This document shows positions 47,501-58,477 of a DNA stretch of 64,000 bases, in pieces (the stretch's first letter is position 1; the number at the start of each line of letters is the position of its first letter). The notes below the pieces were generated by a model that was not told the origin of the DNA, made no database searches, and saw only the letters and a program-made list of their open reading frames with translations. Position numbers and translations under genes: made by a program. The DNA comes from a virus, in the IMG/VR virus record IMGVR_UViG_3300022925_000005. One strand, written 5' to 3'.

Positions 47501-50500
47501 GGAGGTGAACTTAATCCACCAGATGTTGCACCTTTATTACTTCTAAAGTAAAATTCGTTATAGGATTCACCACCATTTACGTTAATTCTATCTAATCTAG
47601 AAGTAGAGTTAGGATTTAAATAATATGCGGTATTATTTGTATCATAAAATAGTTGTGCTCTGAATGAATTTTCAGTATATACGTTTCTATCGTTGGAAAT
47701 CCACATAATAGATACGTTGTTACCACTACTCCAACCTCTACCAATACCATAGTGAGGATTGGTGTTGTTTGCAGAATATCCAAAGTATAATCCAGTTGCG
47801 TTTGTAGCAGCCGTACCAATTACCCAATGTTTAAAGTTACCCGAAGATGCATTTGCACCATCGTAACCAACAAATCTAAGGGTTGGTCCATGATTACTAT
47901 TACTAATCTCAGAGGACATTAAGTTTAACTGAGGATATTGTCCTTTAATAGTTAAATCAGGTCTACGAGTCTCTTGAACTACACCATTATATAAGTTACT
48001 TTCATCACCAATGTGTAATCTATACGTTGCACGCATCTCATTGAAACGAGATGTACTCCGTGGGTCAGTATAGTAATTGGTATCATTGTTATCATATACA
48101 ATCGGTGTACGGAGTTGAGAGAATGCGTAAACAATACCATTAGTATCTACTCTAAATCTTTCAGAAGATGAACCATTCCATACTCTGAATCTCCGATTTG
48201 AGTAATAGTTTACATAAATATCATTTCCATTATATGCATCGATATGGAAGTTTCCACCCATACGGATGTACCCATTACCATTTTGAGAACGTAAATCACC
48301 ATCAATAGCCAATGAATTCACTCTACCATTTCTGAATCTGAAATCACCTTGTGAACTACCAAAGTAGTATGCGGTGTTTTCTCTTTCGTAATAGATGTTA
48401 GAACGAATATCATTTGTGTATGATGTAGATGCAGGGTCTAAGTAATAGCCCGTATTGTTTGCATCATAGAATCTATCAGCGGCAATTGATACTTCATTTT
48501 TGTAAATGATGCTATCACCACTAAAATCTGAAATATTACTTGCTCCAGGTGTTTTATTAATGTATGCCCAAGACCGACTTGGTGTATTATCAGTATAAGT
48601 TACACTTCGAGTTGTTCTAACTCTAGCTTTTACTTGAGTGTAGTATCTTACATCAACATAAACCGGTACATATCTAATATCACCACTAATTGTTACAGGT
48701 GAACCAATTTCAACTCTAAAATGATTATTAGCTGAAATATTCGCATCAACTAATCGTACTGAATAGGAGTTGTTGTATCCCCAAAATACTTGATATTTTT
48801 TGAAAGAACCTCTACCAAAATATTGTTCATGTAATTCTACTTCAAATGTACCACCTGAATTCCAATCATTGTAATCCATTGAAATTCTAGCAATCTCAAA
48901 TCTACGAGCCTGCGTTCCACTTGCCGATAGTGTATTTGTGATAGCAATTGTTTTATGAACATCAATTTCATAATCATCACCTAAATCAACAGTACCATTT
49001 AATTGTAAGGTACCTTGAACAGTTAAGTTATTTAAGTTTGATAAAGATTCAGGGTCAGTATAGTATCCAGTATTACTACGAGAATAGAATACATTAGCTC
49101 TTAAATCATTTAATAATGATGTTGAACCTGGTCTAACGTAATAAGATGTGTTATCCTTATCATAGAATATATCAGCTCTTAAATCATTAAAGATAGATGT
49201 TGATGCTGGGTCTGAGTAATACCCCGTATTATTGTAATCATATACAATTGGAGTTCTTATTTGCCCAAATGCGTAAAGAATACCATTAGTTTCAAATCTT
49301 ACTTTCTCACTATTGTTAAATGCGAATCTTAAATGGTCGGATGCACCATTATCAACCAATAAGTTCCATTCATTTGAACCATCGGATGAGTATAAGTTTA
49401 ATCCATCATTCCAACCCGCACCACTAGCGATAATATCCAATTTTCTAATTCGAGAAGTTGAATTTGGGTTTACATAGTATCCCGTATCATTACTATCATA
49501 GAAAATAGGTGCTCTGAAATCATTTCTTGCTTGAGCAGTTGCATTAAAGTAGATGTTTGAATTTTGGTAATACATCTCCATTGCCCAATATTGAGGTACT
49601 CTTTCGTTACCCTCACCCATACCAATCCAAGAATAACCATCACCTCTATATGTTAAGTGAAGTGCGGCTGCGCCTTTACCAGATTCACCAATGTGAACCG
49701 ATTGATATCCACCACCACTACCATCAACTACAATATGAGAATTACCACCATTATTAACTAAAAGCTCGTTCATATGAACATAATTCATACGAGAAGTACT
49801 ATTAGGATTTACATAATATGCAGTATCATTGTAATCGTAGATTATTTGAGGTCTAATACCTTGCGATGATGGTATTTGAATAACATTACTACCTTCCCCA
49901 ATATACATTGTTTGAGATGAGTAGTTACCATACCAATGTTGTGCCTCAACTACATATGCTGAGAAGTCCCAACGAGGTGTATTACTAACATTGTTAACTA
50001 ATTGTATTCTTTGTAATACCGAAGTTCCAGCACCATCTACATATCTACCAGTATTATTATAATCGTAGAAAACAGGAGCTGAAATATCATAATTAGATAC
50101 AATTGTTCTTTCACTTGTCCAGAATTCGTAAGGTCCTCTATAAGTGTTACCTTCTCTTCTTGAATATCTTGGAGGGCCCCAGAATGGCATTGCAATCATT
50201 GTGTTGTAATAGTTTGAACCATTACCATGATTACTAATCAAATAGTTGTGCCATCCACTAAATCCTTCAAATGTACCAGAGCTTTGGTTGAATGTAAATT
50301 CACTATTACCAAATCCGGTTATTGCGAGAGCTCTAGCTCTTGCATTTATTGTACCATTAACAGTTAAGTTGTTTAGATTAGAAGTTCCAGCTGGGTCTAC
50401 ATAATATCCACTATCATTATAATCTCTGAATAATGTACCTCTTACTTCTTCCGTAAATACTGCTCTACTTGATAATGCTGCTCTAAACTGTCCGTTATTG

Positions 50501-53500
50501 ATAATTAATATACCATGGTCATTCAAATTATTAGCTCCACCAAGTCCACCTGCATTTGGATGAGACCAACCAATACCATACATATTAGCGGTTGATGTAC
50601 CAGCTGAATTCGGTTTGTACGAATCACCCATTGCGAATACTAATTGTAAACGAGTTGAAGTGTAATTACCTACAATACCAATACCATAGTTATTGAATAC
50701 GATGTTTCTACCATAAGTGATTCTACTGGTATCTCTCGTATCATGGTATGAAATAAGTGAATCGGAACCAGCATATCTACTATAATGATATGAATTATAT
50801 CCACTATCCCAATAATAGTGGTCACCATAACCATTTGATGAACTTTCACCAAAGTAGAAGTGTGAATCACCACTATCAGTTGCCCATAATCTAAGAGTAT
50901 CGTTGATATTGGTTGTATCATTGTTACCATTACCCAACGTTGTTGTACCCCGAGTCTCAAGACTATTTAATCGAGTTGTTGAAGCTGGATTTACATAATA
51001 TGTTGTATTATCCCTATCATACATTATGCTAGGTCTAATATCATTTAGATATGATGTAGATGCAGGGTCTAAATAATAACCCGTATTATTTGAATCATAA
51101 TATCTCGTTGCGTATAAATCACCAGTGTTACTATTCTGATTATATAACGCAGATACTTTCATAGTAATCGTTACCTTCTTAGTACCAGTTGGTTCAGTTG
51201 AGTTAGTAATAGATGTTACTCTATTTCTATCATCACCACCAGCATCTCTAACGTGTACTGAGAATGAGTTCCAATAAGATACTCTTGGCCACCAGAATGC
51301 TAAGTTACCATTATTGTTGAATACCTTCATTTGAGAGAACCCAGCATATCCAGTATGAACACCACTATAATTTATTATGGTGTTACTATATAGATAACCC
51401 TGTGCCGTAAATCCAAATGGTGGGTTTCCTGAATAACTCTTACCAGTTGCCTCTAATACAAACGATGCTCCGTTGGTTGCTGATGATGGTATATCAGTTT
51501 GTACTAATGTACCATTTACGAAATCAGAACCAGAATGTGCGTATGTTCTTACATAATGTCCTCTTAGTTGTAAGTCATACAATCTAGAGTTTGAATTCGG
51601 GTCTAAGTAATATCCAGTATTGTTCGAATCATAGAATATTGGAGTTCTGATATCAGAATAGTGGTAGAAGTAATCAGAATTTAATCTTGCTTGCTCCGAA
51701 CCATTACCCAATACTCTAAATGCATATGAGTTATTACTAGCCATACGAAGGTCTAACCCATAATCATCATCACCAGTTACAATAATACCCCAATCGTTAT
51801 TGTTTGGTTTATTAATCCATAAGATTGCATCATCACCAGAAGCGTTATTATCAACACCATCTAATCTTAAACCACTTAAACGAGATTGAGACCGAGGATT
51901 TACATAATATCCAGTATTATTCGTATCGTAGAAAATTGGTGCTCTATATGAACCATTAGCTTCAGCATATCCATTACGAACTCTCGTTTGCCAAGTACTT
52001 CCAAATCTCGTTTCAAATCTATCAGAATATCCTAATATAGATGTTGTTGGTTGTCCACCAGTTCCACTTGCGGAGAATGCGATTACCGAAACACCATTTG
52101 GTGCGTTGAATAATCTAATGTTCTCATTATAGTTGTTATAATTATCACCATCATTAATCCAAACAGATGGGTTCCGAATTTCACCTCTTACATTTATAGA
52201 AGTTCCAGTTGTATTTGGGTCTATGTAGTATGCAGTATTGTTGGAATCATAGAAAACTGGTGCTCTTGATGAACCAGCTGCCTCTACATTACCACTTGAA
52301 TCTACAAGCATTCTCCAAACACCCCAATCTTGATTTCTATATCCTCTATTGGATGTGATACCGAAACTATCGGAAGTTTGATAATAACCAGTTGTCCAAG
52401 TTTGTGAAGTTAATGGTGATGAGAATAATAAACCAGGTCTATCACTTCCACTAATACCACCACCTCTTATTTCTTGAACAATACCCCAAGAATGATTAGC
52501 GTAAGTATTCTCTACTATTAATGCCGTATTATTTCCAGCAGTACCACCAGAACCCGTTTTAGTAATTTGCATTACAGGTCCGGATGCTCTACCAAATGTT
52601 GAATAATCCGCTGGGTTTACATAGTATGCTGTATTATTTCTATCATAGAAGATATCCGAACGAGTATCATTTACATCAATTCTATTAAATCTAGAAGTAG
52701 ATGCGAAGTTACCATAATAACCAGTGTTATTCAAATCGTAGAATATCGGTGCTCTAAAATCAGCAGTTGATGTGGCAGTTCCATCAGTCCACATACCACT
52801 ACCAGCAGCGAACCTTGTCGTACCATTCATCATTAATAGAAGTTGGTGACCTAATCCAGACTTAGCTTGTGGGTTAGAACCAGCATAACTATAATCTGGA
52901 TTATAAGACCAAGCTAAACCATATAGGTTACCAGCTGCACCACTTTCATCTAATCCATTATCAGGTAAGTTGTATGAGGTACCCATACTCCAAACATGCT
53001 GATATCTTGTTGGTGAATATACACCATACACACCCCGTCCATAGTTATTAGCAACCAATGCTTTCTGAGTACCCATTGTTAGAGTACCCGTAAATGTATC
53101 AGCCGTATCACTTCTCAAGAATTGAGTAGAATCTAAACCATCTATTGTATTAGCATCACCAGTAATGTTTGCCGAAAGAGTTCCAACTACTGTTAAGTTA
53201 TTTAATCGAGTTGTTCCATTCGGATTAACATACCAATTAGTATCATCACTATCATAGAAAATTGGTGTTCTTATATCTGATGTATGATAGAAATAATCAC
53301 TATTCATACTAGCTATCACATTTCTACCATAGTTATGGAAATCTAATTGACCTCCACTAGCACCACCTGTTGTTTTTCTACCAGTGATACCAGCATATTC
53401 TCTTAACGTACCGCCACTATCCTTTAATTCAAAGAATAGAGATGCACCAGCAGATGATGCACTATTATTATGATTTGTTCTTTGTAAATTTAATACACCA

Positions 53501-56500
53501 AAATTAGTACCATCTGCGAATGAATTACCACCCTTTCTCATTGCAAATGCAACAGGAGTGGAATCACTATAATGATGGAATAATGCCGTTGATGTTGTTC
53601 CGAATCTTAATGGTTCAGAATTTTGTAATTGTAATTGGTTAAAGTTTGAAGTAGATGCCTGATTAGTGTAGTAACCAGTGTTATTCGAATCATAGAATAT
53701 TGGTGCTCTAAAATCACTACCAGCGGTTACAGTTCCAGTGAAATATGCTCCACCGGCAAATCCGATACGAGAATATGTAGAACCATTGTTTCTTAAAGCA
53801 AGGTGGTGGTCGTATCCACTACCATACTCATAACCAATTCCATACATATTAGCTAATGGCCAGCTTTCACCTATTGTCCAAATTACTTTTGATGCGGTGC
53901 TATTAACATTGTAATCACCCATCATACCACCAGCATTATTACTAACAATATAATTCGAATACTTTAATCTACCATTAAATGTACCTGTGTTAAGATTTGA
54001 ATTTGATGCAGGGTCTAAATAGTATCCCGTATCATTACGGTCATATAATGAATCTGCGTTTAATCTACCTAATGTAAATTGTGAAAATGATGATGATGAA
54101 CCAGCATTCCAAATCCAATGAGTTGGAGTTCCACCTAACGCTGCACGATAGTTAATATACATCGAAGTTGAACCACCAAATGTCATTTCATTACCACCAG
54201 ATTTGAACGATAGGTAATTTGAAATGGTATCCATATAGTTGTTACCATTATCAACATAAACCCGTGCAAATGTTGGAGAATCCGTTGTACGAACATACTG
54301 GTTCATATTCGCAGCGTATGGATTATTTACAGAATCCAATACATTAGCGTATGATGAATATGCGGTTGAAGAACCATAGGTTTGTTGCCAAATTCTCATT
54401 CCAATACCACTCTTCTTAAACATCACTAAGTTATCCGAACCACCAGATGAATCGGTGTAAGAACGAAGATGTAAGAAATCAGCGTATGGTGATGAGTTAT
54501 TGTTTGCCCAAGAAGTAAAACCGAATTTCAATCTACCTGCAGCTAATTCTGATGGAGAAATAGTTCTATTATCTTCTCTAACTAATCTATTTGCATCATC
54601 AATAGCACCATTAATAGTACCATTAACAGTCAATCCGGCGAATGTTGGTGAATCACTTGTACGAAGGTTTTGGTTCATCAAATAAACCTCAGTTGCACCT
54701 TGTCCAGTATCAATAGTACCTCCAATTTTCAAATTACCAGTATTACTACCAACTGCAGAAAGATGTTCACCAGGGTAACAAGCATGCGTATGAATTGTAC
54801 CGCTACTAAAAGCTCCTGAAAAACTAACGAATTCATTACTAAGTGGGAATACATCAACTGATAAAATTATAGCAGTTCCCGAATTGGTAGTAGCTTGAAT
54901 TGTAAACTGTTCGTTATTATTACTAATAACTCTAAGTGTAAGTAGATTTGAAGTTCCCGAATGAGATTTTATAGAAATACCACCAGTACGATTTACCAAT
55001 ATATCTGCAACTACATTTATAGGTACAGAAATGGTCTGACTAACCAATGATATTCTAACTCCAGTACCTTCATCATTAGATTGGAAATTTGATACAAGAC
55101 AAATATTAGTGTATCCAGCGTTACTTACTCCACTAAATGATGACCTCGATACTTTAGCTGCATATTCGTCCGTAAAAAATGAAAGTTCTCCATCTGGCAT
55201 CTGAACACCATTGGTGGTCATTATGAGTTTCGTACGTCCTCCTGCGGTGAACCTAATTTTGTCTGGGTCAAATTCTAAGTATGTATTGGTATCACCATCA
55301 TGAACTAACCTATCTCTTAAATAGATATCTTCAACATCATTGATTACATTAGAACCAAGTGTAAGAGTACCATTCATAATAGTAGTACCATTTACTGTCA
55401 ATCCAGAAAATGAAGGTGAATCGGATGTTCTAACATTTTGGTTCATTAAGTGAACCTCAGTAGTACCCTGACCAGTATTAATGTTACTTGCGTAAACAGT
55501 ACCATTTGCTTCAAAGTTCCAATCGGCATACCATCTATCACTTCCCTCATTCCAATAGAATTGTCGAGTTGCAGAATCACCTCTTTTAACTTCAATACCA
55601 GCATTTTCAGTTGGTGAAGTTCCGGCTCCAATATCAGCATTTAATGTGATAATATTATCACCAATATTAAGAGTTGTGGTATTGATATATGTTGTTGTAC
55701 CACTTACAGTTAAATCACCAGTAATTGTTGCGTTACCAGTTACTGCAAATATAGAACCATCAAAGGTAAGATTACTTTCAACATTTGCGGCTCCTCCACC
55801 AGCATATGTTAGTAAACCATTGTTAGTTGTACCAGTCAATGCTAATGCACCAGATGTACCACCAGAACCGGATGTTCCACCACTTCCACTTGTACCACTA
55901 CTTCCTCCACTACCTGAAGTTCCACCAGAACCAGATGTTCCAGAAGAACCTGAAGTTCCTGATGTACCACCGCTACCAGATGTTCCAGATGAACCACCGC
56001 TACCTGATGTACCAGCCGTACCACCACTACCAGCGGATGCTGATGTACCACTACTTCCAGAAGAACCAGATGTTCCTCCACTTCCAGAAGTTCCTCCACT
56101 ACCAGAAGTTCCTCCACTACCAGATGTACCACGTGAACCAGTTGTTCCAGACGAACCCGAAGAGCCAGATGTACCAGCCGTACCACCGCTACCAGCGGAT
56201 GCTGATGTACCACCAGAACCTGAAGTACCTGATGAACCACCAGAGCCCGAAGTACCTGATGAACCAGATGTACCCGATGAGCCTGAAGAACCCGATGAAC
56301 CAGAAGAACCAGCTGCACCACCTTCACCACTCACACCATCTCTACCAGACGAACCCGAAGAACCTGAAGAACCTCCACTTCCAGAAGTTCCAGATGAACC
56401 ACCGCTACCGCTTGTTCCTCCACTTCCAGAAGTTCCTCCACTACCAGATGTTCCAGACGAACCAGATGAACCTGAAGTACCACCAGTACCAGCTGATGAA

Positions 56501-58122
56501 GATGTACCACCACTACCAGAAGTACCACTACTTCCAGAAGAACCAGAGGTTCCACCACTACCAGATGAACCAGATGTTCCTCCACTTCCAGAAGTTCCAG
56601 AAGTACCACCACTACCAGATGAACCTGATGAACCAAATCCAGAAGAACCTGAACTACCACCAGAACCAGAAGTTCCAGATGAGCCAGATGAACCACCAGA
56701 CCCAGAAGTTCCAGAAGAGCCGGAAGTACCACCAGAACCAGAAGTTCCTGATGTTCCCCCACTACCAGATGTACCAGATGAACCATCTACACCAGATGTT
56801 CCCCCACTACCAGATGTACCGCTTGAACCAGAAGAGCCACCACTACCAGATGTACCTGATGAACCAGAAGTTCCACTTGTCCCAGATGAACCACTAACAC
56901 CACTACTACCCGATGAACCAGATGTACCACCGCTACCGCTTGTTCCTCCACTACCAGATGAACCAGATGAACCAGATGAACCAGATGTACCATCTATTCC
57001 ACTTGTCCCAGATGAACCTCCACTTCCAGAAGTTCCAGAAGAACCACCAGTACCTGATGAACCACCAGTACCAGAAGTACCCGATGTTCCAGATGTACCA
57101 GACGTACCAGCCGTACCGGCTGCTTGTTCCCATTCAGTACCAGTATAACGATATATGTTAGTATCTGAAGTGTTGTAATATATTTCACCAACTTCACCAG
57201 ACGCAGGGTCTGAAGAATATGATGGTATTTGTATTGAATCTTTTATAGATACGGAACCAGTAAATTCTTGCTTGTCCGATATCGAATCTCCGAATTTATT
57301 TGAACCAGTTGCATAAATTATTGATGATGAGATGTAAGTTGCCTTTAACTCAGTTGTTGTGATTGTACCCTCAACATTTAAGTTTTGAATTGTAGCAGTT
57401 CCCTCTACATCTAATGTACTTATTGTGGCTGTACCATCTACATCTAATGTTTGTGTGGTTGTAGTACCATCTACATCTAAGTTTTCACCGATTTTAGCCG
57501 AACCAGTTACGCCTAAATACTTTTCAGTTACAATTCCCACGTTCGTAACTAAACCTTCGTTAGGAGAGATTCTAGCTATTGCTGAACCCGATTGTAATCT
57601 ATTGATATCACCAACTGAATCAGCTGATATGTTTGTTAAACCACTACCATCACCCTTTATGAATGATGCCGATACTGTATTTGTTACTAATAGTGAACCT
57701 GTTATATCAGCATCAACATTTACCGAAAATTTATCTTCGGTTATAGTTGCATTTGCATCACCTTCGGCAATTCTATTGATATCACCAACTAATGCTGATG
57801 TAGGTATATTGGTTATAGCGTTTCCATCACCTTGAAATGAACCACTAAAAGAACCACTAAATTCAGTACTCGTAATAGTTGTACCATCGATGGTATCAAC
57901 AACTATACTATCAGCAGTAATTGTGGATGTAACCACTTCACTACCACTAAATACAGAACCAGTATATGAGATAGCTGAAATACCATTCTCAACCGATAAT
58001 TCGGTATTAATACTTACCGAATCAGTAGATATATTTACCTGCGATTCTCCGTTTACATCTAATGATAATAAACTTTGACTGATTTGATTTAAACCATTAG
58101 GGTCTTTACCTGTGTATTTCAT
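44533..58122 (-). CDS. Giant modular tail fibre (4529 aa) with Gly-Ser-Thr repeat, 28 YD-x-N-x-T-x-YY repeats and C-terminal peptidase S74 chaperone
   Basis: Single ORF; C-terminal SDERLK...G+.AQ.V..V.PE.V...Y.R+VP+L+E.IKE plus coiled coil (intramolecular chaperone); located in the tail module. Confidence 0.85.
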   Translation of the reverse strand: MKYTGKDPNGLNQISQSLLSLDVNGESQVNISTDSVSINTELSVENGISAISYTGSVFSGSEVVTSTITADSIVVDTIDGTTITSTEFSGSFSGSFQGDGNAITNIPTSALVGDINRIAEGDANATITEDKFSVNVDADITGSLLVTNTVSASFIKGDGSGLTNISADSVGDINRLQSGSAIARISPNEGLVTNVGIVTEKYLGVTGSAKIGENLDVDGTTTTQTLDVDGTATISTLDVEGTATIQNLNVEGTITTTELKATYISSSIIYATGSNKFGDSISDKQEFTGSVSIKDSIQIPSYSSDPASGEVGEIYYNTSDTNIYRYTGTEWEQAAGTAGTSGTSGTSGTSGTGGSSGTGGSSGTSGSGGSSGTSGIDGTSGSSGSSGSSGSGGTSGSGGTSGSSGSSGVSGSSGTSGTSGSSGTSGSGGSSGSSGTSGSGGTSGVDGSSGTSGSGGTSGTSGSGGTSGSSGTSGSGGSSGSSGTSGSGGSSGSSGFGSSGSSGSGGTSGTSGSGGTSGSSGSGGTSGSSGSSGTSGSGGTSSSAGTGGTSGSSGSSGTSGSGGTSGSGGTSGSGGSSGTSGSGGSSGSSGSSGRDGVSGEGGAAGSSGSSGSSGSSGTSGSSGTSGSGGSSGTSGSGGTSASAGSGGTAGTSGSSGSSGTTGSRGTSGSGGTSGSGGTSGSGGTSGSSGSSGTSASAGSGGTAGTSGSGGSSGTSGSGGTSGTSGSSGTSGSGGTSGSGGSSGTSGSGGTSGSGGTSGALALTGTTNNGLLTYAGGGAANVESNLTFDGSIFAVTGNATITGDLTVSGTTTYINTTTLNIGDNIITLNADIGAGTSPTENAGIEVKRGDSATRQFYWNEGSDRWYADWNFEANGTVYASNINTGQGTTEVHLMNQNVRTSDSPSFSGLTVNGTTIMNGTLTLGSNVINDVEDIYLRDRLVHDGDTNTYLEFDPDKIRFTAGGRTKLIMTTNGVQMPDGELSFFTDEYAAKVSRSSFSGVSNAGYTNICLVSNFQSNDEGTGVRISLVSQTISVPINVVADILVNRTGGISIKSHSGTSNLLTLRVISNNNEQFTIQATTNSGTAIILSVDVFPLSNEFVSFSGAFSSGTIHTHACYPGEHLSAVGSNTGNLKIGGTIDTGQGATEVYLMNQNLRTSDSPTFAGLTVNGTINGAIDDANRLVREDNRTISPSELAAGRLKFGFTSWANNNSSPYADFLHLRSYTDSSGGSDNLVMFKKSGIGMRIWQQTYGSSTAYSSYANVLDSVNNPYAANMNQYVRTTDSPTFARVYVDNGNNYMDTISNYLSFKSGGNEMTFGGSTSMYINYRAALGGTPTHWIWNAGSSSSFSQFTLGRLNADSLYDRNDTGYYLDPASNSNLNTGTFNGRLKYSNYIVSNNAGGMMGDYNVNSTASKVIWTIGESWPLANMYGIGYEYGSGYDHHLALRNNGSTYSRIGFAGGAYFTGTVTAGSDFRAPIFYDSNNTGYYTNQASTSNFNQLQLQNSEPLRFGTTSTALFHHYSDSTPVAFAMRKGGNSFADGTNFGVLNLQRTNHNNSASSAGASLFFELKDSGGTLREYAGITGRKTTGGASGGQLDFHNYGRNVIASMNSDYFYHTSDIRTPIFYDSDDTNWYVNPNGTTRLNNLTVVGTLSANITGDANTIDGLDSTQFLRSDTADTFTGTLTMGTQKALVANNYGRGVYGVYSPTRYQHVWSMGTSYNLPDNGLDESGAAGNLYGLAWSYNPDYSYAGSNPQAKSGLGHQLLLMMNGTTRFAAGSGMWTDGTATSTADFRAPIFYDLNNTGYYGNFASTSRFNRIDVNDTRSDIFYDRNNTAYYVNPADYSTFGRASGPVMQITKTGSGGTAGNNTALIVENTYANHSWGIVQEIRGGGISGSDRPGLLFSSPLTSQTWTTGYYQTSDSFGITSNRGYRNQDWGVWRMLVDSSGNVEAAGSSRAPVFYDSNNTAYYIDPNTTGTSINVRGEIRNPSVWINDGDNYNNYNENIRLFNAPNGVSVIAFSASGTGGQPTTSILGYSDRFETRFGSTWQTRVRNGYAEANGSYRAPIFYDTNNTGYYVNPRSQSRLSGLRLDGVDNNASGDDAILWINKPNNNDWGIIVTGDDDYGLDLRMASNNSYAFRVLGNGSEQARLNSDYFYHYSDIRTPIFYDSNNTGYYLDPNSNSRLYDLQLRGHYVRTYAHSGSDFVNGTLVQTDIPSSATNGASFVLEATGKSYSGNPPFGFTAQGYLYSNTIINYSGVHTGYAGFSQMKVFNNNGNLAFWWPRVSYWNSFSVHVRDAGGDDRNRVTSITNSTEPTGTKKVTITMKVSALYNQNSNTGDLYATRYYDSNNTGYYLDPASTSYLNDIRPSIMYDRDNTTYYVNPASTTRLNSLETRGTTTLGNGNNDTTNINDTLRLWATDSGDSHFYFGESSSNGYGDHYYWDSGYNSYHYSRYAGSDSLISYHDTRDTSRITYGRNIVFNNYGIGIVGNYTSTRLQLVFAMGDSYKPNSAGTSTANMYGIGWSHPNAGGLGGANNLNDHGILIINNGQFRAALSSRAVFTEEVRGTLFRDYNDSGYYVDPAGTSNLNNLTVNGTINARARALAITGFGNSEFTFNQSSGTFEGFSGWHNYLISNHGNGSNYYNTMIAMPFWGPPRYSRREGNTYRGPYEFWTSERTIVSNYDISAPVFYDYNNTGRYVDGAGTSVLQRIQLVNNVSNTPRWDFSAYVVEAQHWYGNYSSQTMYIGEGSNVIQIPSSQGIRPQIIYDYNDTAYYVNPNSTSRMNYVHMNELLVNNGGNSHIVVDGSGGGYQSVHIGESGKGAAALHLTYRGDGYSWIGMGEGNERVPQYWAMEMYYQNSNIYFNATAQARNDFRAPIFYDSNDTGYYVNPNSTSRIRKLDIIASGAGWNDGLNLYSSDGSNEWNLLVDNGASDHLRFAFNNSEKVRFETNGILYAFGQIRTPIVYDYNNTGYYSDPASTSIFNDLRADIFYDKDNTSYYVRPGSTSLLNDLRANVFYSRSNTGYYTDPESLSNLNNLTVQGTLQLNGTVDLGDDYEIDVHKTIAITNTLSASGTQARRFEIARISMDYNDWNSGGTFEVELHEQYFGRGSFKKYQVFWGYNNSYSVRLVDANISANNHFRVEIGSPVTISGDIRYVPVYVDVRYYTQVKARVRTTRSVTYTDNTPSRSWAYINKTPGASNISDFSGDSIIYKNEVSIAADRFYDANNTGYYLDPASTSYTNDIRSNIYYERENTAYYFGSSQGDFRFRNGRVNSLAIDGDLRSQNGNGYIRMGGNFHIDAYNGNDIYVNYYSNRRFRVWNGSSSERFRVDTNGIVYAFSQLRTPIVYDNNDTNYYTDPRSTSRFNEMRATYRLHIGDESNLYNGVVQETRRPDLTIKGQYPQLNLMSSEISNSNHGPTLRFVGYDGANASSGNFKHWVIGTAATNATGLYFGYSANNTNPHYGIGRGWSSGNNVSIMWISNDRNVYTENSFRAQLFYDTNNTAYYLNPNSTSRLDRINVNGGESYNEFYFRSNKGATSGGLSSPPLQAYSTGGNSAFMSFHRGGYYAVNMGLDSDNVLRIGGWSASANRWQLDMSGNTYAAGSHRAPIFYDTNNTGYYADPNGTSNFNALNVGGSPVLTGNSIQNYTRNVDNGSFFNITDDMTSAEVGVAVGGSASSRITKVDDPTAPAAGCFEVNGQHYPTHPDYIKIDANSQYIFEVWVRYVAGNDSSCALYMGGSAYNASKSYFGNTNRYWGASYVEFDSNTRNSGWYKVSGRIGGNGGNGFTSGTEYIRPLFLFNYAGNSTAVTRYCGLKLYKAEQTLGRLHFHSGTRYVHQETDQRYPYIEGEANTDVKFQSSTGWGKMGSRNTSHFHMQTDRSSWYFYNRIETPSDIRAGLFYDRDNTGYYANPASTSYFNDMRANIYYDRNNTGYYGDFASTSRFNRADLNDTRSDIFYDRNNTGYYFNGASVNSTRFEGVNDRTRAQLGNAGSPHSSASTYMRRPNFTSDTNYWVGSMGWGTLDMNTVFNWGSGFIDSWSNPGNQPSGTSHWVGTQALHYTNGSTRYGWQMVGGPIGNLRFRQQWGGSPNAWRTIPILDINDGNGGAMYAGIYYDSNDTGYYLDPNSTGTYSGRVRQGILFGPNTSWGRYLAVGTNGRYSNEASVATTNGNLHLDARSGSGTYINWYVGGTTYINGTLQVNFIYDRDNTGYYVDAASTSNFNTIRTATINSNYYTRSGHNVGHLVGSYNSVGDNYTRSNPIYTIGSSYNPAETTLSNMYGVGYAGAGASFIGFTGESGWGFYVAADGDARVWLDGSNGNVSSKGSVYADRFYDYNNTGYYLRPDSTSLLANMQINDYIYHRGDTNTYMQFHAADQWRVVTGGTERLEVNNSQIYMTRELRVTQDIIAFYSDERLKKKTGVIENALDKISKLDAFYYVNNELAKSVGYEDDKQQIGLSAQQVKEVLPEVVHSAPFDTDFDEDGNMFSTSGEDYLTLKYDRLVPLLVEGIKEQSEIVKAQQKEIDELKEMVKLLLNK
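55850..57125 (-). repeat. Gly-X-Y (GTS/GSS/GSG) low-complexity coding repeat
   Basis: About 420 aa of G-x-x triplets with 9-nt DNA periodicity and varied synonymous codons. Confidence 0.9.
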
Positions 58123-58134
58123 TCACTTTTTCTT

Positions 58135-58467
58135 TTATGTAATTTCCAATACCGATACAACCACATCTACTGATGAATTTACCGAAGATGTTACAGTTAT
58201 TGAATCATTTGCTTCCAAAACCACCTTTTGTTCTCCACCAACCAAAATTGTTGATGAACCTTGAGGAAGTGTTGCCCCCTTTACTAAATATTTTGTTACT
58301 CCAGCCGAATTATCGGTTATCTCAACATCTACTTCGATGTTTTGTGCTACAATATTAGCCACATTTACTCCAATAACTGTTGCCGAAGTTGCCGAAGGAC
58401 AGCTATAAACTAATAAACCACCCGTTCCAGCTGGTCCTTTTATACTATTTTTAAATGTATTTGCCAT
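58135..58467 (-). CDS. Small virion structural protein (fibre-associated)
   Basis: MANTFKN..., beta-rich, K+VL...D.+ motif common next to phage fibre genes. Confidence 0.65.
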   Translation of the reverse strand: MANTFKNSIKGPAGTGGLLVYSCPSATSATVIGVNVANIVAQNIEVDVEITDNSAGVTKYLVKGATLPQGSSTILVGGEQKVVLEANDSITVTSSVNSSVDVVVSVLEIT

Positions 58468-58477
58468 ATTTTATATT

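Noticed and set aside
45100-54060. Diversity-generating retroelement or invertase-driven shufflon acting on the fibre
   Set aside because: No reverse transcriptase or site-specific recombinase in the window; the repeats are direct, in-frame, and their differences are not adenine-specific.
55646-57197. Long plus-strand (PEVP/PDEP-rich; QMYH-rich) and alternate-frame minus-strand (VVHL-rich) ORFs
   Set aside because: Shadow frames of the Gly-Ser-Thr repeat, which lacks stop codons in other frames; no independent expression signals.
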